DNA of 64,000 nucleotides from Vampirovibrionales bacterium (GCA_035285025.1 JAYKHY010000039.1:21018-85017), one strand, 5' to 3'; shown: positions 40,221-50,418, numbered from the stretch's first letter. The notes: a model not told the origin generated them from the sequence alone. Translations and numbers: made by a program.

Positions 40221-41029
40221 AGCTCATCTCGTGGAACGTCAACGGTATTCGGGCGGTGCACAAAAAAGGCTTTTTATCGTTTCTGGAAGCCGAACAACCC
40301 GACGTGCTGGGCCTGCAAGAAACCAAAATTAGCGCCGAGCAACTACTGCCCGCGCTTGTGGCCCCGTTGGGCTATACCAGTGTGTTTGCACACGCACAGC
40401 GTAAAGGCTATAGCGGTACGGCCTTGTTTTTTAAACCCGGCGTCACGCCGCTCCAAACCGGCATTGGTATGGGCCCGCATTCGCCCGGCAACGGCCTGCA
40501 AGACTGCGAACGCTTTGACGCCGAAGGCCGCATAACCTGGGCCGAGTTTGACGCCTTCTGGCTGTACACGGTGTATTTTCCGAACGGGAAAAAAGATGCG
40601 TTACGCTTGCAGTACAAACTGGATTTTTACGAAGCCTTCTGGCAAATGATCGAAACACAGCGCAAAGTGTCGGGCAAGCCCGTGATATTTTGCGGAGACG
40701 TGAACACCGCGCACCAACCGATTGACCTGGCTCGGCCCAAAGAGAACGAGAAAGTCTCGGGCTTCCTGCCCATCGAACGCGCCTGGCTCGATAAAATCAC
40801 GGACGCGGGTTACATCGATACGCTCAGGGTGTTTCACCCCGAGGTGCCCGCGCTTTACACGTGGTGGGATCAACTGACTCGCGCCCGCGATCGCAACGTA
40901 GGCTGGCGCATTGATTACTTTTTTACCAGCCCGGACGCCCGCCCGCTGCTTAAAGACGCTAACACGCTACCAATGGTAATGGGCTCAGATCATTGCCCCA
41001 TCAGCCTGACGCTGGCATTAGGCTCGTAA
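40217..41029 (+). CDS. xthA: Exodeoxyribonuclease III
   Basis: ATG overlaps the upstream stop (ATGA). Contains MKLISWNVNGIRA, LQETK and the C-terminal SDHCPI motifs of the ExoIII/APE family. Confidence 0.85.
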   Translation: MKLISWNVNGIRAVHKKGFLSFLEAEQPDVLGLQETKISAEQLLPALVAPLGYTSVFAHAQRKGYSGTALFFKPGVTPLQTGIGMGPHSPGNGLQDCERFDAEGRITWAEFDAFWLYTVYFPNGKKDALRLQYKLDFYEAFWQMIETQRKVSGKPVIFCGDVNTAHQPIDLARPKENEKVSGFLPIERAWLDKITDAGYIDTLRVFHPEVPALYTWWDQLTRARDRNVGWRIDYFFTSPDARPLLKDANTLPMVMGSDHCPISLTLALGS

Positions 41030-41059
41030 CGCTTAACGATTTAAACCCCTTCGCTGCCT

Positions 41060-41916
41060 TCAAGCGTTTAATAAATACCGTGTCGCATCAATGTACTTGG
41101 TCTCACCTTCGCGAGAAGTTACCTTGAAGGCCAAATCGTGTTCTTTGGGGCACTGTAAATACGCCTCAAATAAACCATTAAACCCTTGCTGCAATTGCTT
41201 GCAGGCATCGTAAAGCTTATCGCGGCTTAACGGTTCGCCCGTACCGCCATACTCCAATGAAGATAATCGTCTGGTTAACGCCTTGGGCAGGCGCATCGTC
41301 TCGCCAGGGCCAAACGTAGCATCCAATAAATATCGACCGCCAGAAATCAAACGGTCAAAATGATCTTCAGAATCATTAAAGGGCTTTAACGCCTCAGAAA
41401 CATGTTTTTCGTAATCCCCATTCGCATTTTGCGGGCGCCAAACTAACTGAACCGTATTCCCTGCTTTAGCGGCTTTAAATAATAGTTTTTTAACAGCGCG
41501 GCGCGTTTTAACAACCTAACACTTCCGGATTCCACTCCGACGGCAGTTAAAAAAGGTTTAGATAGTCCGTGATTTGGGTTTAACTTTGCAGGTAAATTCA
41601 TTGCGGGTCTATCCGCATCGAGCGTTTGCGCAACAGTAAAATATTCTGCAAGCGTAAATGGGTTTTTAATGTGGGCAGATTTTGCGTCCGTAGCATTTAA
41701 AGGATTAAGATTTTGCGGCCTGACCTTAAAGGGAATAATTGAATTTGCAAACTAATTTAACGCCCAATTAGGCCTATTGCGATCTATATCCGGCTTCTGC
41801 GGCGTAGGATTATGAGCAGAGACACCATTACCATTCTTTGGCTTTGCGTTAGAGGCGCTAGAAGCGTTCGTATTTTTTTGATTTAAAGTTAGCCAGCGTA
41901 TCGGACGAACAATCAT
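41060..41916 (-). pseudogene. Decayed gene of unknown function in an AT-rich non-coding stretch
   Basis: Reading the minus strand from ATG 41916: 54 codons, then an in-frame TAG (41752-41754), then about 100 open codons. A +1 frame shift near 41490-41520 then joins the approximately 150-codon 3' ORF ending at 41060. This 3' ORF is the track's 41060..41350 TTG ORF extended upstream. It has no usable start codon. The translation is not recognisable (...GGRYLLDATFGPGETMRLPKAL...YIDATRYLLNA). Confidence 0.4.
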
Positions 41917-42304
41917 ATTTAACTCTCATTGAAACAACACGAATTATAATTTTTAAAACAGCTTTATCCGCAACAACATCATCAGGACTTTTTAGTAACA
42001 CTCATTCAAATCACACATCCCTACTTAACATTCACGATGCGCAACAGTTAAAAACAGCGTTTCATCGTGGATGGTTATCCAAAAATTAATCACCCGTTAC
42101 AAACCCAGAAATCCAACAAAAAATAAATGATTCCCAAACCCGGCAAACGTCTGTAATTTAACCCTATAGCACTCAGCAAAAACCTCAGGGAAAACTTAAA
42201 GCATCAAAAGCTTTAAAAATGCGCCCAAACAGTCCTAAAATAGAACTTATAGAACTTATTGTTGCTAACAGACTAAGTGTCTAGAATACAATTTTATCTC
42301 ATTT

Positions 42305-43045
42305 TTGTCGAGATACACGCTTTACGTAATGACCACCCCATCTTACGCTACCCACCTTGAGCCGCAGCACGTTGCCGCACTGTTTAACACCATCGCGCCG
42401 CGGTACGATTTACTTAACGATGTCATCTCGTTTGGCATGCACCGCAGCTGGAAGCGGCGCGCGTGCGCGATGCTAAACCTTGCGCCCGGGCAACCCGGAC
42501 AAACCGTGCTTGATATTTGTACAGGCACCGGCGATCTTGCGGGCGAGCTGCTACGGCTTGTTGGCCCCAAAGGACAGGTAGTTGGCATAGATTTTTCGTC
42601 GCAAATGCTTGCGGTGGCGCAGGCACGATTTGCAGGCCAGCCCAACGTCCGGTTTATTCAAGCCGATGCCTTGCAACTGCCGTTTGAACCAGAAACCTTT
42701 GATGGGGCCATTATTTCGTTCGGGCTGCGGAATCTGGCAAGCGCAGATGCGGGCCTGCGAGCATTTGCCCGCGTACTCAAGCCGGGCGCAAAACTGGTTT
42801 GTCTGGATACCGTGCCGGGCGGCGGCCCGCCGGGGTTTGGGTTTTACTTCAGGCATATTATGCCTAAGGTTGGCACGCTGTTAGGGGCCGATCACGCCTC
42901 GTACAACTATTTAAACGCCTCGACCGAACGATTTTTACCGCCGCCGCAACTAGCCGAACTTTTTACAACCTGTGGTTTTGCCCAACCCCAGGTTAAATTC
43001 ACCGGCTTCGGCGCGGCCGCCATCGTCTGCGGCACAAGACTTTAG
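42305..43045 (+). CDS. ubiE: Demethylmenaquinone/ubiquinone biosynthesis C-methyltransferase UbiE/MenG
   Basis: UbiE signature YDLLNDVISFGMHRSWKR (YDxMNDxxSxGxHRxWK) and SAM motif VLDICTGTGD. The start is possibly at the second Met (MTTPSY). Confidence 0.8.
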   Translation: MSRYTLYVMTTPSYATHLEPQHVAALFNTIAPRYDLLNDVISFGMHRSWKRRACAMLNLAPGQPGQTVLDICTGTGDLAGELLRLVGPKGQVVGIDFSSQMLAVAQARFAGQPNVRFIQADALQLPFEPETFDGAIISFGLRNLASADAGLRAFARVLKPGAKLVCLDTVPGGGPPGFGFYFRHIMPKVGTLLGADHASYNYLNASTERFLPPPQLAELFTTCGFAQPQVKFTGFGAAAIVCGTRL

Positions 43046-43060
43046 GAAGCTTCAGCCCCA

Positions 43061-44791
43061 ATGCTACCCCCTCACGTCTCGATACCCATTGACCCTGATT
43101 TTCCGAAGACGCTCCCAGCGCTGCTTGTAGCCCGGTCGCAAGCCACACCCGAACAACCGTTTCTGTTTTTCCCGGAGCGCTCGGCGCAAACAAACCAGAT
43201 TACCTATGCGCAGTTGGCTCGCCAGTGTTTTGCCTTTGCCAACTGGTTAACGGGGCAAAAATTTCATGGGCAAGGCCAGCCAACCGCCACGACCGTTGGA
43301 CTTTTGATGCCGAACATACCCGAATTTTTGACGGGTTATTGGGGCGCAATGTGCGCGGGCTGTATCGCGGTGCCCATCAACACCTTGCTAAAATCGCCCG
43401 AGGTGCAATTTATTCTGGATAACGCGCAATGCAAGGTAGTTTTAACCACACGGCAATTTTTACCCATCCTTGCGCCCTGCCTGCCTCAGTTACCCCACCT
43501 TAAAACGCTTATCATTGCCGACGATCCAACCGTAGATGCGGGCCTGAGTGACGATGCTAACCTGAATCCTGTAAACATCCACGCACCCCAACAAGCCGAA
43601 ACCTCAAACTTGAGCGACGTGCTGGATTTGGCGAACGTCACCAGTCACAGCAATCTGCCCGAGTTTGCTCGCGCGCTTGCCCCCCAAATTACTCCCGAGA
43701 CTGTGGCCGAAATCATCTATACCTCGGGCACAACAGGTAATCCCAAAGGCGTCATGCTCACGCACCAAAACCTGATTACGGATGCCTATTACATTAAAAC
43801 CTGGTTCTCGCTCACGCCGCACAGCCGAATGCTCTGCATCTTGCCCCTGTTTCACGTCAACGGCGAGGTCGTCACGATGATGACGCCACTGGTGGCCGGC
43901 AGCAGCGTTGTGTTGCACCGGCAATTCAGCGCCAGCCGATTTTGGCAAGATATCGCGCAGTATCAGGTCGAATTGTTCAGCACGGTGCCGACGATTCTGA
44001 GCATTTTAATCAAAGCCAGACCCGACGCTTTTCAAAAACCCGACTCGCTGCGCCTGGGCATCTGCGGGGCCGCGCCCTTACCCCCCGAGGTGCAAACCCA
44101 ATTCGAGGCCTGCTTTAATGTGCCCATTATCGAAGGTTACGGACTCTCCGAAACCACCTGCTACAGCAGCTTTAACCCGCCCGATATCGCACGCCGCAAA
44201 CTGGGCTCCATTGGCCTTGCCGTGGGCAACCAGATGGCCATTGTGAACACGGCTGGCCAGGTTTTACCATCGGGGCAAATTGGCGAAATCGCGATACGCG
44301 GCGAAAACGTAATGCTGGGCTACTTTAACAACCCAGACGCCACACAAAAAGCCCTTTTACTCAATCTTTACAGCGCAAGTAACACGCCAGACACCCAACA
44401 ACATTACCCCGGGCCGTGGTTTTTAAGCGGCGACTTGGGCGATGTTGACGACGCCGGCTTTTTCAGGATTTTAGGCCGCAGCAAAGAGATGATTATTCGG
44501 GGCGGCGAAAATATATACCCCAAAGAGGTGGATGATTGCCTGTATCTGCACCCAGCGGTAGAGCACGCGGCTACAGTGGGTATCGAAGATACTAAATACG
44601 GCGAAACCGTTAAAAGTTTTGTAGTGCTTAAACCCGGGTTTGAGCCCACCGAAGCCTTAGCCGAAACGTTAATGCAATGGACGCGCACGCGAATGGCCGA
44701 TTTTAAATGCCCCGAAGCCATCGCGTTTGTGGACGAAATCCCGAAGGGGCCCACAGGTAAATTGCTGCGGCGAGCGCTAAAAACGCTCTAA
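43061..44791 (+). CDS. AMP-dependent synthetase/ligase (acyl-CoA synthetase family)
   Basis: 576 aa. AMP-binding signature IIYTSGTTGNPKGVMLTHQNL, the GYGLSET block and the C-terminal PKGPTGKLLRRAL. Confidence 0.75.
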   Translation: MLPPHVSIPIDPDFPKTLPALLVARSQATPEQPFLFFPERSAQTNQITYAQLARQCFAFANWLTGQKFHGQGQPTATTVGLLMPNIPEFLTGYWGAMCAGCIAVPINTLLKSPEVQFILDNAQCKVVLTTRQFLPILAPCLPQLPHLKTLIIADDPTVDAGLSDDANLNPVNIHAPQQAETSNLSDVLDLANVTSHSNLPEFARALAPQITPETVAEIIYTSGTTGNPKGVMLTHQNLITDAYYIKTWFSLTPHSRMLCILPLFHVNGEVVTMMTPLVAGSSVVLHRQFSASRFWQDIAQYQVELFSTVPTILSILIKARPDAFQKPDSLRLGICGAAPLPPEVQTQFEACFNVPIIEGYGLSETTCYSSFNPPDIARRKLGSIGLAVGNQMAIVNTAGQVLPSGQIGEIAIRGENVMLGYFNNPDATQKALLLNLYSASNTPDTQQHYPGPWFLSGDLGDVDDAGFFRILGRSKEMIIRGGENIYPKEVDDCLYLHPAVEHAATVGIEDTKYGETVKSFVVLKPGFEPTEALAETLMQWTRTRMADFKCPEAIAFVDEIPKGPTGKLLRRALKTL

Positions 44792-44858
44792 AAAGCGTGT
44801 TTTTTAACGCATTTTTGATGCTTTTTTGCGTGTTTTTAACGCTTTTTTTGCGCATTTT
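44792..44858. terminator. Array of three short GC-clamped hairpins separated by T-runs, between convergent genes (bidirectional terminator region)
   Basis: GCGTG-T6-AACGC, then T5, then GCGTG-T5-AACGC, then T7-GCGC-AT6, read directly. The array lies between the acyl-CoA synthetase stop and the stop of the convergent methyltransferase. Confidence 0.5.
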
Positions 44859-45527
44859 TTATCGTTCGAGCGGCGAGTCAAAAACTTTCTCGAGTACCAT
44901 CAGCCATTCTTTTGCGCTGCGGTCCTGGCCGTGGGTGCCATTGCCTGCGTACGGGTTTGGCGCAAGCCAGATAATCTTAAAGGCGGCCGTAAACAGCGTT
45001 TGCAACGCCTCTAGCGTGGTGCTAAACGGCGGCCCGCCCGGCTTGCCGTGCAACCAGAAAATCCCGTACAGCCGCCCGCCCGGCTTTAGCCAGCGCAGCA
45101 CGGCTTGCAGGTACGCCGCGTGGTGCGTAGGCTCGATGGCGCAAAAAAACGTATGCTCAATCACGGCATCAAAGCTGGCTGGAGGCAGCGCGGTTTCATC
45201 GAACGCATCGGCTACAACAAACCGGGCGTGCGAGCCGTATTGTTGCTGTGCTTGCGCAATGGCCTCTGCCGAAAAATCCAGCCCCGTCACCTGATGCCCC
45301 GCACGGGCAAAACACGCAGCATCGTGGCCACGGCCGCACCCCGGCACCAGCACTTGCACCGAATCTGGCAAGTTTAGCCGCCCCGAAAACCAGCCCTGCG
45401 TGGCCAACGCCTCAAAGGCGCGGGCGGGTTGGTTTAAATCCCAGGGGGTGTTTTGCGTGCAATAGCGCGTCTGCCAATCGGCTTGCGTTAAGCCCTCGTG
45501 CGCAAGTTCGCCCGCAAGTTCGTTCAT
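44859..45527 (-). CDS. Thiopurine S-methyltransferase (TPMT)-family SAM-dependent methyltransferase
   Basis: 222 aa. TPMT-like N-terminus ADWQTRYCTQNTPWDLNQP and SAM motif VLVPGCGRGHDA. Confidence 0.65.
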   Translation of the reverse strand: MNELAGELAHEGLTQADWQTRYCTQNTPWDLNQPARAFEALATQGWFSGRLNLPDSVQVLVPGCGRGHDAACFARAGHQVTGLDFSAEAIAQAQQQYGSHARFVVADAFDETALPPASFDAVIEHTFFCAIEPTHHAAYLQAVLRWLKPGGRLYGIFWLHGKPGGPPFSTTLEALQTLFTAAFKIIWLAPNPYAGNGTHGQDRSAKEWLMVLEKVFDSPLER

Positions 45528-45644
45528 GGTTTAGATACCTTTTAATACCTAAGTAATGCCCTGTAATGCCGACCGAGACGATTGAGAACCGTTAACCAAG
45601 GTTTTTAAATCTTGAAAACGCTTGCCCAGAAGGAGTGATTTTTA

Positions 45645-45782
45645 TGGTAGTGGCTTAGTCTGGTGGGTTCAATATCTCCTGAAGCGAGTGCCCTAGCTTT
45701 TTACTGGTAAAAAGCGTTTTTTCAAGCGCTTTTCAAGCGCTATCTTTAGCGCTCCCTGAACGAACCAAACTGACCCACTCCC
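45645..45782. mobile_element. MITE-like element family 2, copy A
   Basis: Right TIR CCAAACTGACCCACTCCC. The left end GGTAGTGG...GGTGGGTTCAATAT is partly degenerate. Internal motif CTGAAGCGAGTGCC and internal hairpin GCTTTTTAC-TG-GTAAAAAGC. Confidence 0.5.
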
Positions 45783-45785
45783 TTT

Positions 45786-46868
45786 TTATACTGCGGTGGT
45801 GGCAGTAGAAAGCACGCGCGCAACCCCTTGCTGCGCCGCCTTAAGCGCTTGCGACGGGGGTACAGGATTCAAACCACCGGAATCCAGCGCCAGATACGGC
45901 CAAACCACCTGGCGCGCAATTGTGCCGGCGGCTGCGCCCGCAATAAACCCGTAAGCTGGCTGCGCTAAATACTGCCCGGTAAACGCGTTTACCCCGCCCG
46001 AAATCGTCAGCGGAACACCAAAACGTTCAAGCCAGGGCTGATGCGCGGCCCATACCTGTTGCGCGTGCCTGAGTGCGGGCAACGTCGCTTAGGCGTCAGG
46101 CGTGCCAGACATGGGCTGGCCATCGACCTGAAACATCAAGCCCGCCCATTGCGGCAGCCACTGTTCAAGCTTCGTCAGGGCGGCGTTTGCCTGCGTGGCA
46201 TTGGCGTTGGGCCGAAAACAAATCGAAACCAATTTACCTGCCAGCGCATCGCCCAGCGTGATTAATAAAGGCGCCAGCGTGGTGGCGTTCAGGGCCTCGG
46301 TGTGCAGTTCTACCGCGCCAACGGCTGGGTGTTGCAGCAGCGCAACCATGGCTTCGGGCAGCGTTTCGGTTTTTTGCAGGGTCAGGGCCTCTACCGGGCA
46401 AACCGGAATACACCGGCCGCAGCCGTAGCAATCGGGCAGATGATACTGCAACTGCGCGTGTTCGCCCGGCGCGCTTGAATCGGTTAACTGAAAGGCTCCC
46501 GTCGGACAAACCGGAATGCACGCCTGACACGTCGTGCAGACGTCAGCATCTAGCGCCGCCTTCCGAAAATGAGGATCGCCGTCAACATCCAGGCTCACCA
46601 TAAGCAAGGGGGGCGATTCTAGCGTTTGCAGCACCTGATGCGCCGCATTAACCACCGCCCAATCGGGAGCCACGTCGATGCACGCAACGCGCGCTGGCGC
46701 GAGCGCGCCGTAAACTTGGGCCAGCGCCGCAACAGCCCGAGCGTTGGTCAGGCTTGCACCGGCAATAAGCTTAAAATATTGCTTGCGATCAAGTGCAGCC
46801 AGCGCGCGAGTAATCGACGCCTGAACGGTATTGCTGCACGGGATGGCGTTAGTGGGTTCCGATAGCAT
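45786..46868 (-). pseudogene. Iron-sulfur protein with two 4Fe-4S ferredoxin motifs (cyanobacterial LdpA-like), interrupted by one in-frame TAA
   Basis: The 259-aa ORF (46089-46868) has CTTCQACIPVCP and CYGCGRCIPVCP. The 98-aa ORF (45786-46082) is in the same frame. The two are separated only by TAA (46089-46091) plus two sense codons. Their combined length of about 360 aa fits a single gene. Confidence 0.5.
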
Positions 46869-48459
46869 TAATCTTAAAATTGTTGGTAAGCCAGTCCTGA
46901 ATGGTTTTTAATTGCGCCTGGCATGTTGCTTCGGCCTCGGGCGACGATGCGCCGGTGCCCTCGCTGTAAACGCGCAACAACGGCTCGGTGCCACTGGCGC
47001 GCAACAGTACCCATCCACCGTTGGAGAGGTAAAATTTAAGGCCATCGCGCGTACCAAATTTGGTTTGCAGTTTTTCGGCCTCCGCCACCGAGGATTGCGT
47101 ATCAACAGGCAAGGCCGTGGTAATAAACGCCTGTGCTTGATCAAGGATTTTAGCGCCATCGGGCGTGCGTACCGCGATTTCGTGGAACGCATAGCGCTGG
47201 GGCAGACTGGCGTTGATTTCAGAAATCAGGCGGCTGAGCGGGATTTTTGCTTTTGCCATGGCCTCAAGGACTAAAAGATTCGCCAGGATGCCGTCTTTTT
47301 CGGGGATGTGTCCGCCAATGCTCAGGCCGCCCGAGCTTTCGCCGCCCAGAATAATCTCGGGCAGGCCTTGTTCTTCCTGCTCGATAAAACATTCGGCAAT
47401 GTATTTGTACCCAACGGGCGTTTGGATCACTTCGATGGCGGTTTGTGGTATTTGCTTGAGCAAGGCATCCAGTTTATGGCTGGTCGCCTGAGAACGCAGC
47501 ACGGTGCCCGTCAGCGGACGATCAACCAACCGGTGATTGAGCTGATGCCATAGCACCAGCAGCAGCACATCGTTAGCGTGGACAAACTGGCCGTTTTCAT
47601 CAATCACCCCAAACCGATCGGCATCGCCATCGTTGGCAAGGCCAACAATGCTGCCTGCGGCAGGGCTTGCACCTTTAACCGCGTGAATCAGGGGTTCGAG
47701 TTCTTCGGCCACTGGGTTGGGCATGCCGGTATAACCTTGCGGGCGATCGGCGTCGCCTTGAAGCATATGAATCTGCACGCCTTCATCGGCAAGTAACGGC
47801 GGCAAATACCGACGGCCCGTGGCGTAAAGCGGGCTGTAAAACACTTGCAAGCCGGCGTGCGTAATACTGGGGAAGTTTATCTGAACCTGCTCAATCAAAT
47901 GCCGACGGTAGGCCATGTAGGCCTCGAGCGGTTTAAGCTGCCCCTTGCGATTCAGCTTGAGAGCCTTGGGGTTGGCCTGCAGCGCTTCAAAGGCTTGCGT
48001 CATGGCGCTGGGCGCAACCGCTCCCTGATTGGTTAAAAAATTATACCCGCCGTAGGGCCAAGGGTTATGGCTGGCCGAAAGCAGCACCGCGCCGACGCTG
48101 TGCGCGTGCATCAGGCCCAGTTTATCCAGATGGCTTGCGGCAAAGGCCAGCACCGGCGTCGGGATATCGTCTTCGGCAAGCGCAACATCAAAACCGCGTT
48201 CGAGGAGCAAGTTTGCAACCAGAGGTGCAAACTTAATGGTTTTCTCGCGCGTATCACCACCTACCAACATTGTGGCGGCGCAATCGCCCAAGCCCAAGCG
48301 CTGCAATTGGTCGATAAAATAATCCGCGATGGCGCCAGTAATCTGGCGCACAACGGCCTCGTTAAAACCGGCGTCCGTATCGTTGCGATACCCTGAGGTA
48401 CCGAATTTATAAATTACGGGCGTCGGGGCGGTCGTAACGGTGTTGGTTTCGGTGGGCAT
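46849..48459 (-). CDS. Phosphoglucomutase/phosphomannomutase (alpha-D-phosphohexomutase superfamily)
   Basis: 536 aa. Active-site Ser loop SASHNP, metal-binding GLANDGDADR, and the sugar-binding GGESSGG block. Confidence 0.8.
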   Translation of the reverse strand: MPTETNTVTTAPTPVIYKFGTSGYRNDTDAGFNEAVVRQITGAIADYFIDQLQRLGLGDCAATMLVGGDTREKTIKFAPLVANLLLERGFDVALAEDDIPTPVLAFAASHLDKLGLMHAHSVGAVLLSASHNPWPYGGYNFLTNQGAVAPSAMTQAFEALQANPKALKLNRKGQLKPLEAYMAYRRHLIEQVQINFPSITHAGLQVFYSPLYATGRRYLPPLLADEGVQIHMLQGDADRPQGYTGMPNPVAEELEPLIHAVKGASPAAGSIVGLANDGDADRFGVIDENGQFVHANDVLLLVLWHQLNHRLVDRPLTGTVLRSQATSHKLDALLKQIPQTAIEVIQTPVGYKYIAECFIEQEEQGLPEIILGGESSGGLSIGGHIPEKDGILANLLVLEAMAKAKIPLSRLISEINASLPQRYAFHEIAVRTPDGAKILDQAQAFITTALPVDTQSSVAEAEKLQTKFGTRDGLKFYLSNGGWVLLRASGTEPLLRVYSEGTGASSPEAEATCQAQLKTIQDWLTNNFKINAIGTH

Positions 48460-48817
48460 AGGTAATCCTGAATGGTTAAAATCCCGAGATAAAACAACAA
48501 AAAGGCGTGTTTGGAATCAGCAATTTAATAGACTCTGAATTGCGCTAAAAAACGCAACCCTAACCTCACTCTAGCACTTGAAACGCTAATCAACAAATTG
48601 CGCTGCGATGAGGCGACTAAATCTCATTATAAGCTTTTAAAGGCGCTCAATAATAAAGTTTTTTTATACCAAAATGAGCGTTTAATCTTACTAGCGTCTA
48701 GCTTTAAGCAGCTTGCTTGAACAAGTTGAGCTTCGATGGAATGAGCGCGCAAAAAAGGCAATCGCCCTGTGAGTTAATATCTTACAGATAATAAATTTAA
48801 CAATTCAATGGGCGACT

Positions 48818-48908
48818 GGTAGCGGGTCAGTTTGGAGTGTGCAAGATCCTGAAGCGAGGGCCGTTCCCTCCCTCGCGCTCCCTCCCTGCGCAAAACTGAC
48901 CCGCTACC
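48818..48908. mobile_element. MITE-like element family 2, copy B, with perfect 18-bp TIRs
   Basis: The TIRs GGTAGCGGGTCAGTTTGG and CAAAACTGACCCGCTACC are exact reverse complements over 17 positions. Internal motif CTGAAGCGAGGGCCGTTCCC. Flanks GGGCGACT and GGGCGATT suggest a 6-8 bp target duplication. The element lies 15 nt from the dgt stop. Confidence 0.6.
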
Positions 48909-48922
48909 GGGCGATTTAATGT

Positions 48923-50032
48923 TTATCGCGATTGCGGCAAGAGTTGATCGATGTAAAACCCGATGGCAAAGCGATCGGTCATGCCCGCGATATAATCGGC
49001 CACTTGCAGAGGCAACGGGGTGGCCTGCGCCAGGTAAATCGCTCGGCTGGCCTCGGGCATACGCTCGGGGTGGGCCACAAAATAACGGAACAATCCGCCC
49101 ATTACCTGGCTCACGCGCGTATCCTGTGCCAGCTTAGGCGTAGACTGGTACACATTACGATGCATCCAGGCGCGCAGTTGCATGGTGGATTCGTACACCC
49201 CGGGCGACATGGCAATGCGGGGTGTTTGGGCATCGAAGCACTGTTGCGAGGTGTTGATGATATCGATAATCATGGTCTCTAGCCGGTGAGAACGCGTTTG
49301 GCCAAGCGTCTCCAGAATCGGCTCAGGCAGATCGGTGTCGTTCATCAGGCCCGCGCGGGTTGCGTCCTCAACGTCGTGGTGCAAATATGCCACGCGATCG
49401 GCGAGTTCAACGAGTTGGCCCTCAAGGGTTTCGTGGACGGGCGCGCCTTCTTCGGTATGGCCTTGCGCACTCAGCCCGTTCAGGGTTTCGTGCGTCAGGT
49501 TTTTAGGCTCGAGTTGCGTGTAAATGCGCAGCGTATGCGCCGTATGAGAAAACCCTCGGCCAGCGTGCAACGCAGCTTGCGATGTATCGGCCGATATTTT
49601 TTGGGAGCTGCGTGCAGGCTCGTAATAGCGCGCAAGTAACTGGTTCAGTTCGGCCTCGCCGGCGTGACCAAACGGCGGATGACCCACATCGTGCCCCAGC
49701 GCAATGGCCTCGGTTAAGTCTTCGTTTAAGCGCAGGGCCCGTGCCATGGTACGCGCGATTTGAGAGACCTCGAGACTGTGCGTTAGACGCGTTCGGTAAT
49801 GATCGCCCGAAGGAGCAATAAACACCTGCGTTTTGTGCTTAAGCCGCCGAAACGCCTTGCTGTGCAAAATCCGGTCGCGGTCGCGCTGAAACTCGGTGCG
49901 TACCGGGCAAGGCTGCTCGGGTTTGGCACGGCCTTTGCTTTGCACACTTTTAGCCGCAAGCGGACTAAGCTCGGTCAGCTCGCGGGTTTCGGTATTCGCG
50001 CGAATACATACGCTGGCTTGCTGAACAGACAT
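48923..50032 (-). CDS. dgt: dGTP triphosphohydrolase-like HD-domain protein
   Basis: 369 aa. Contains FQRDRDRILHSKAFRRLKHKTQVF, the HD motif GHDVGHPPFGH and DHYRTRLTHSLEVSQIAR. Confidence 0.85.
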   Translation of the reverse strand: MSVQQASVCIRANTETRELTELSPLAAKSVQSKGRAKPEQPCPVRTEFQRDRDRILHSKAFRRLKHKTQVFIAPSGDHYRTRLTHSLEVSQIARTMARALRLNEDLTEAIALGHDVGHPPFGHAGEAELNQLLARYYEPARSSQKISADTSQAALHAGRGFSHTAHTLRIYTQLEPKNLTHETLNGLSAQGHTEEGAPVHETLEGQLVELADRVAYLHHDVEDATRAGLMNDTDLPEPILETLGQTRSHRLETMIIDIINTSQQCFDAQTPRIAMSPGVYESTMQLRAWMHRNVYQSTPKLAQDTRVSQVMGGLFRYFVAHPERMPEASRAIYLAQATPLPLQVADYIAGMTDRFAIGFYIDQLLPQSR

Positions 50033-50082
50033 TACGCCTGATTAAACTCCGGCTGAAATACATTTAAAACTATTTTTAAAGC

Positions 50083-50418
50083 TTACCGGAGTGGCTGCTC
50101 GGCTTGCATGGCCACGCCCAGAATATCGGTATCTAGGAATGCGACTTTTTTGAGCGGGCCAACACCAGGTTTTTCGATTAACCTGGGTGCGCCGGGTTTT
50201 GCGCTGCTGATAATGCCTTTAAGTTCTTCGTAAAGCTGCGTGGGCACGTCGGCATAAAGCACAATGGGTGTGGCTAAAGATTTTAACAACACCAGAATGG
50301 CCATATTGGGCATTTGTTGTTGGCCTCCTGCAGGGCCGCCAGCCGCGGGCGAAGGATTTGGGACAGCCTTGGGCGCAAAACCACCCCCTGTAAACGGAGA
50401 TTTAGGATCGTTAGACAT
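50083..50418 (-). CDS. Hypothetical protein with Gly/Pro-rich N-terminus
   Basis: 111-aa ORF with no recognisable motif. Its coding status is uncertain. Confidence 0.3.
   Translation of the reverse strand: MSNDPKSPFTGGGFAPKAVPNPSPAAGGPAGGQQQMPNMAILVLLKSLATPIVLYADVPTQLYEELKGIISSAKPGAPRLIEKPGVGPLKKVAFLDTDILGVAMQAEQPLR

Noticed and set aside
44859-45527. Possibility that the TPMT-like methyltransferase plus the adjacent MITE and Fe-S gene form a mobile cassette
   Set aside because: There is no integrase, transposase or att-like repeat. The methyltransferase composition matches the host. The MITE copy is just one of several dispersed copies.
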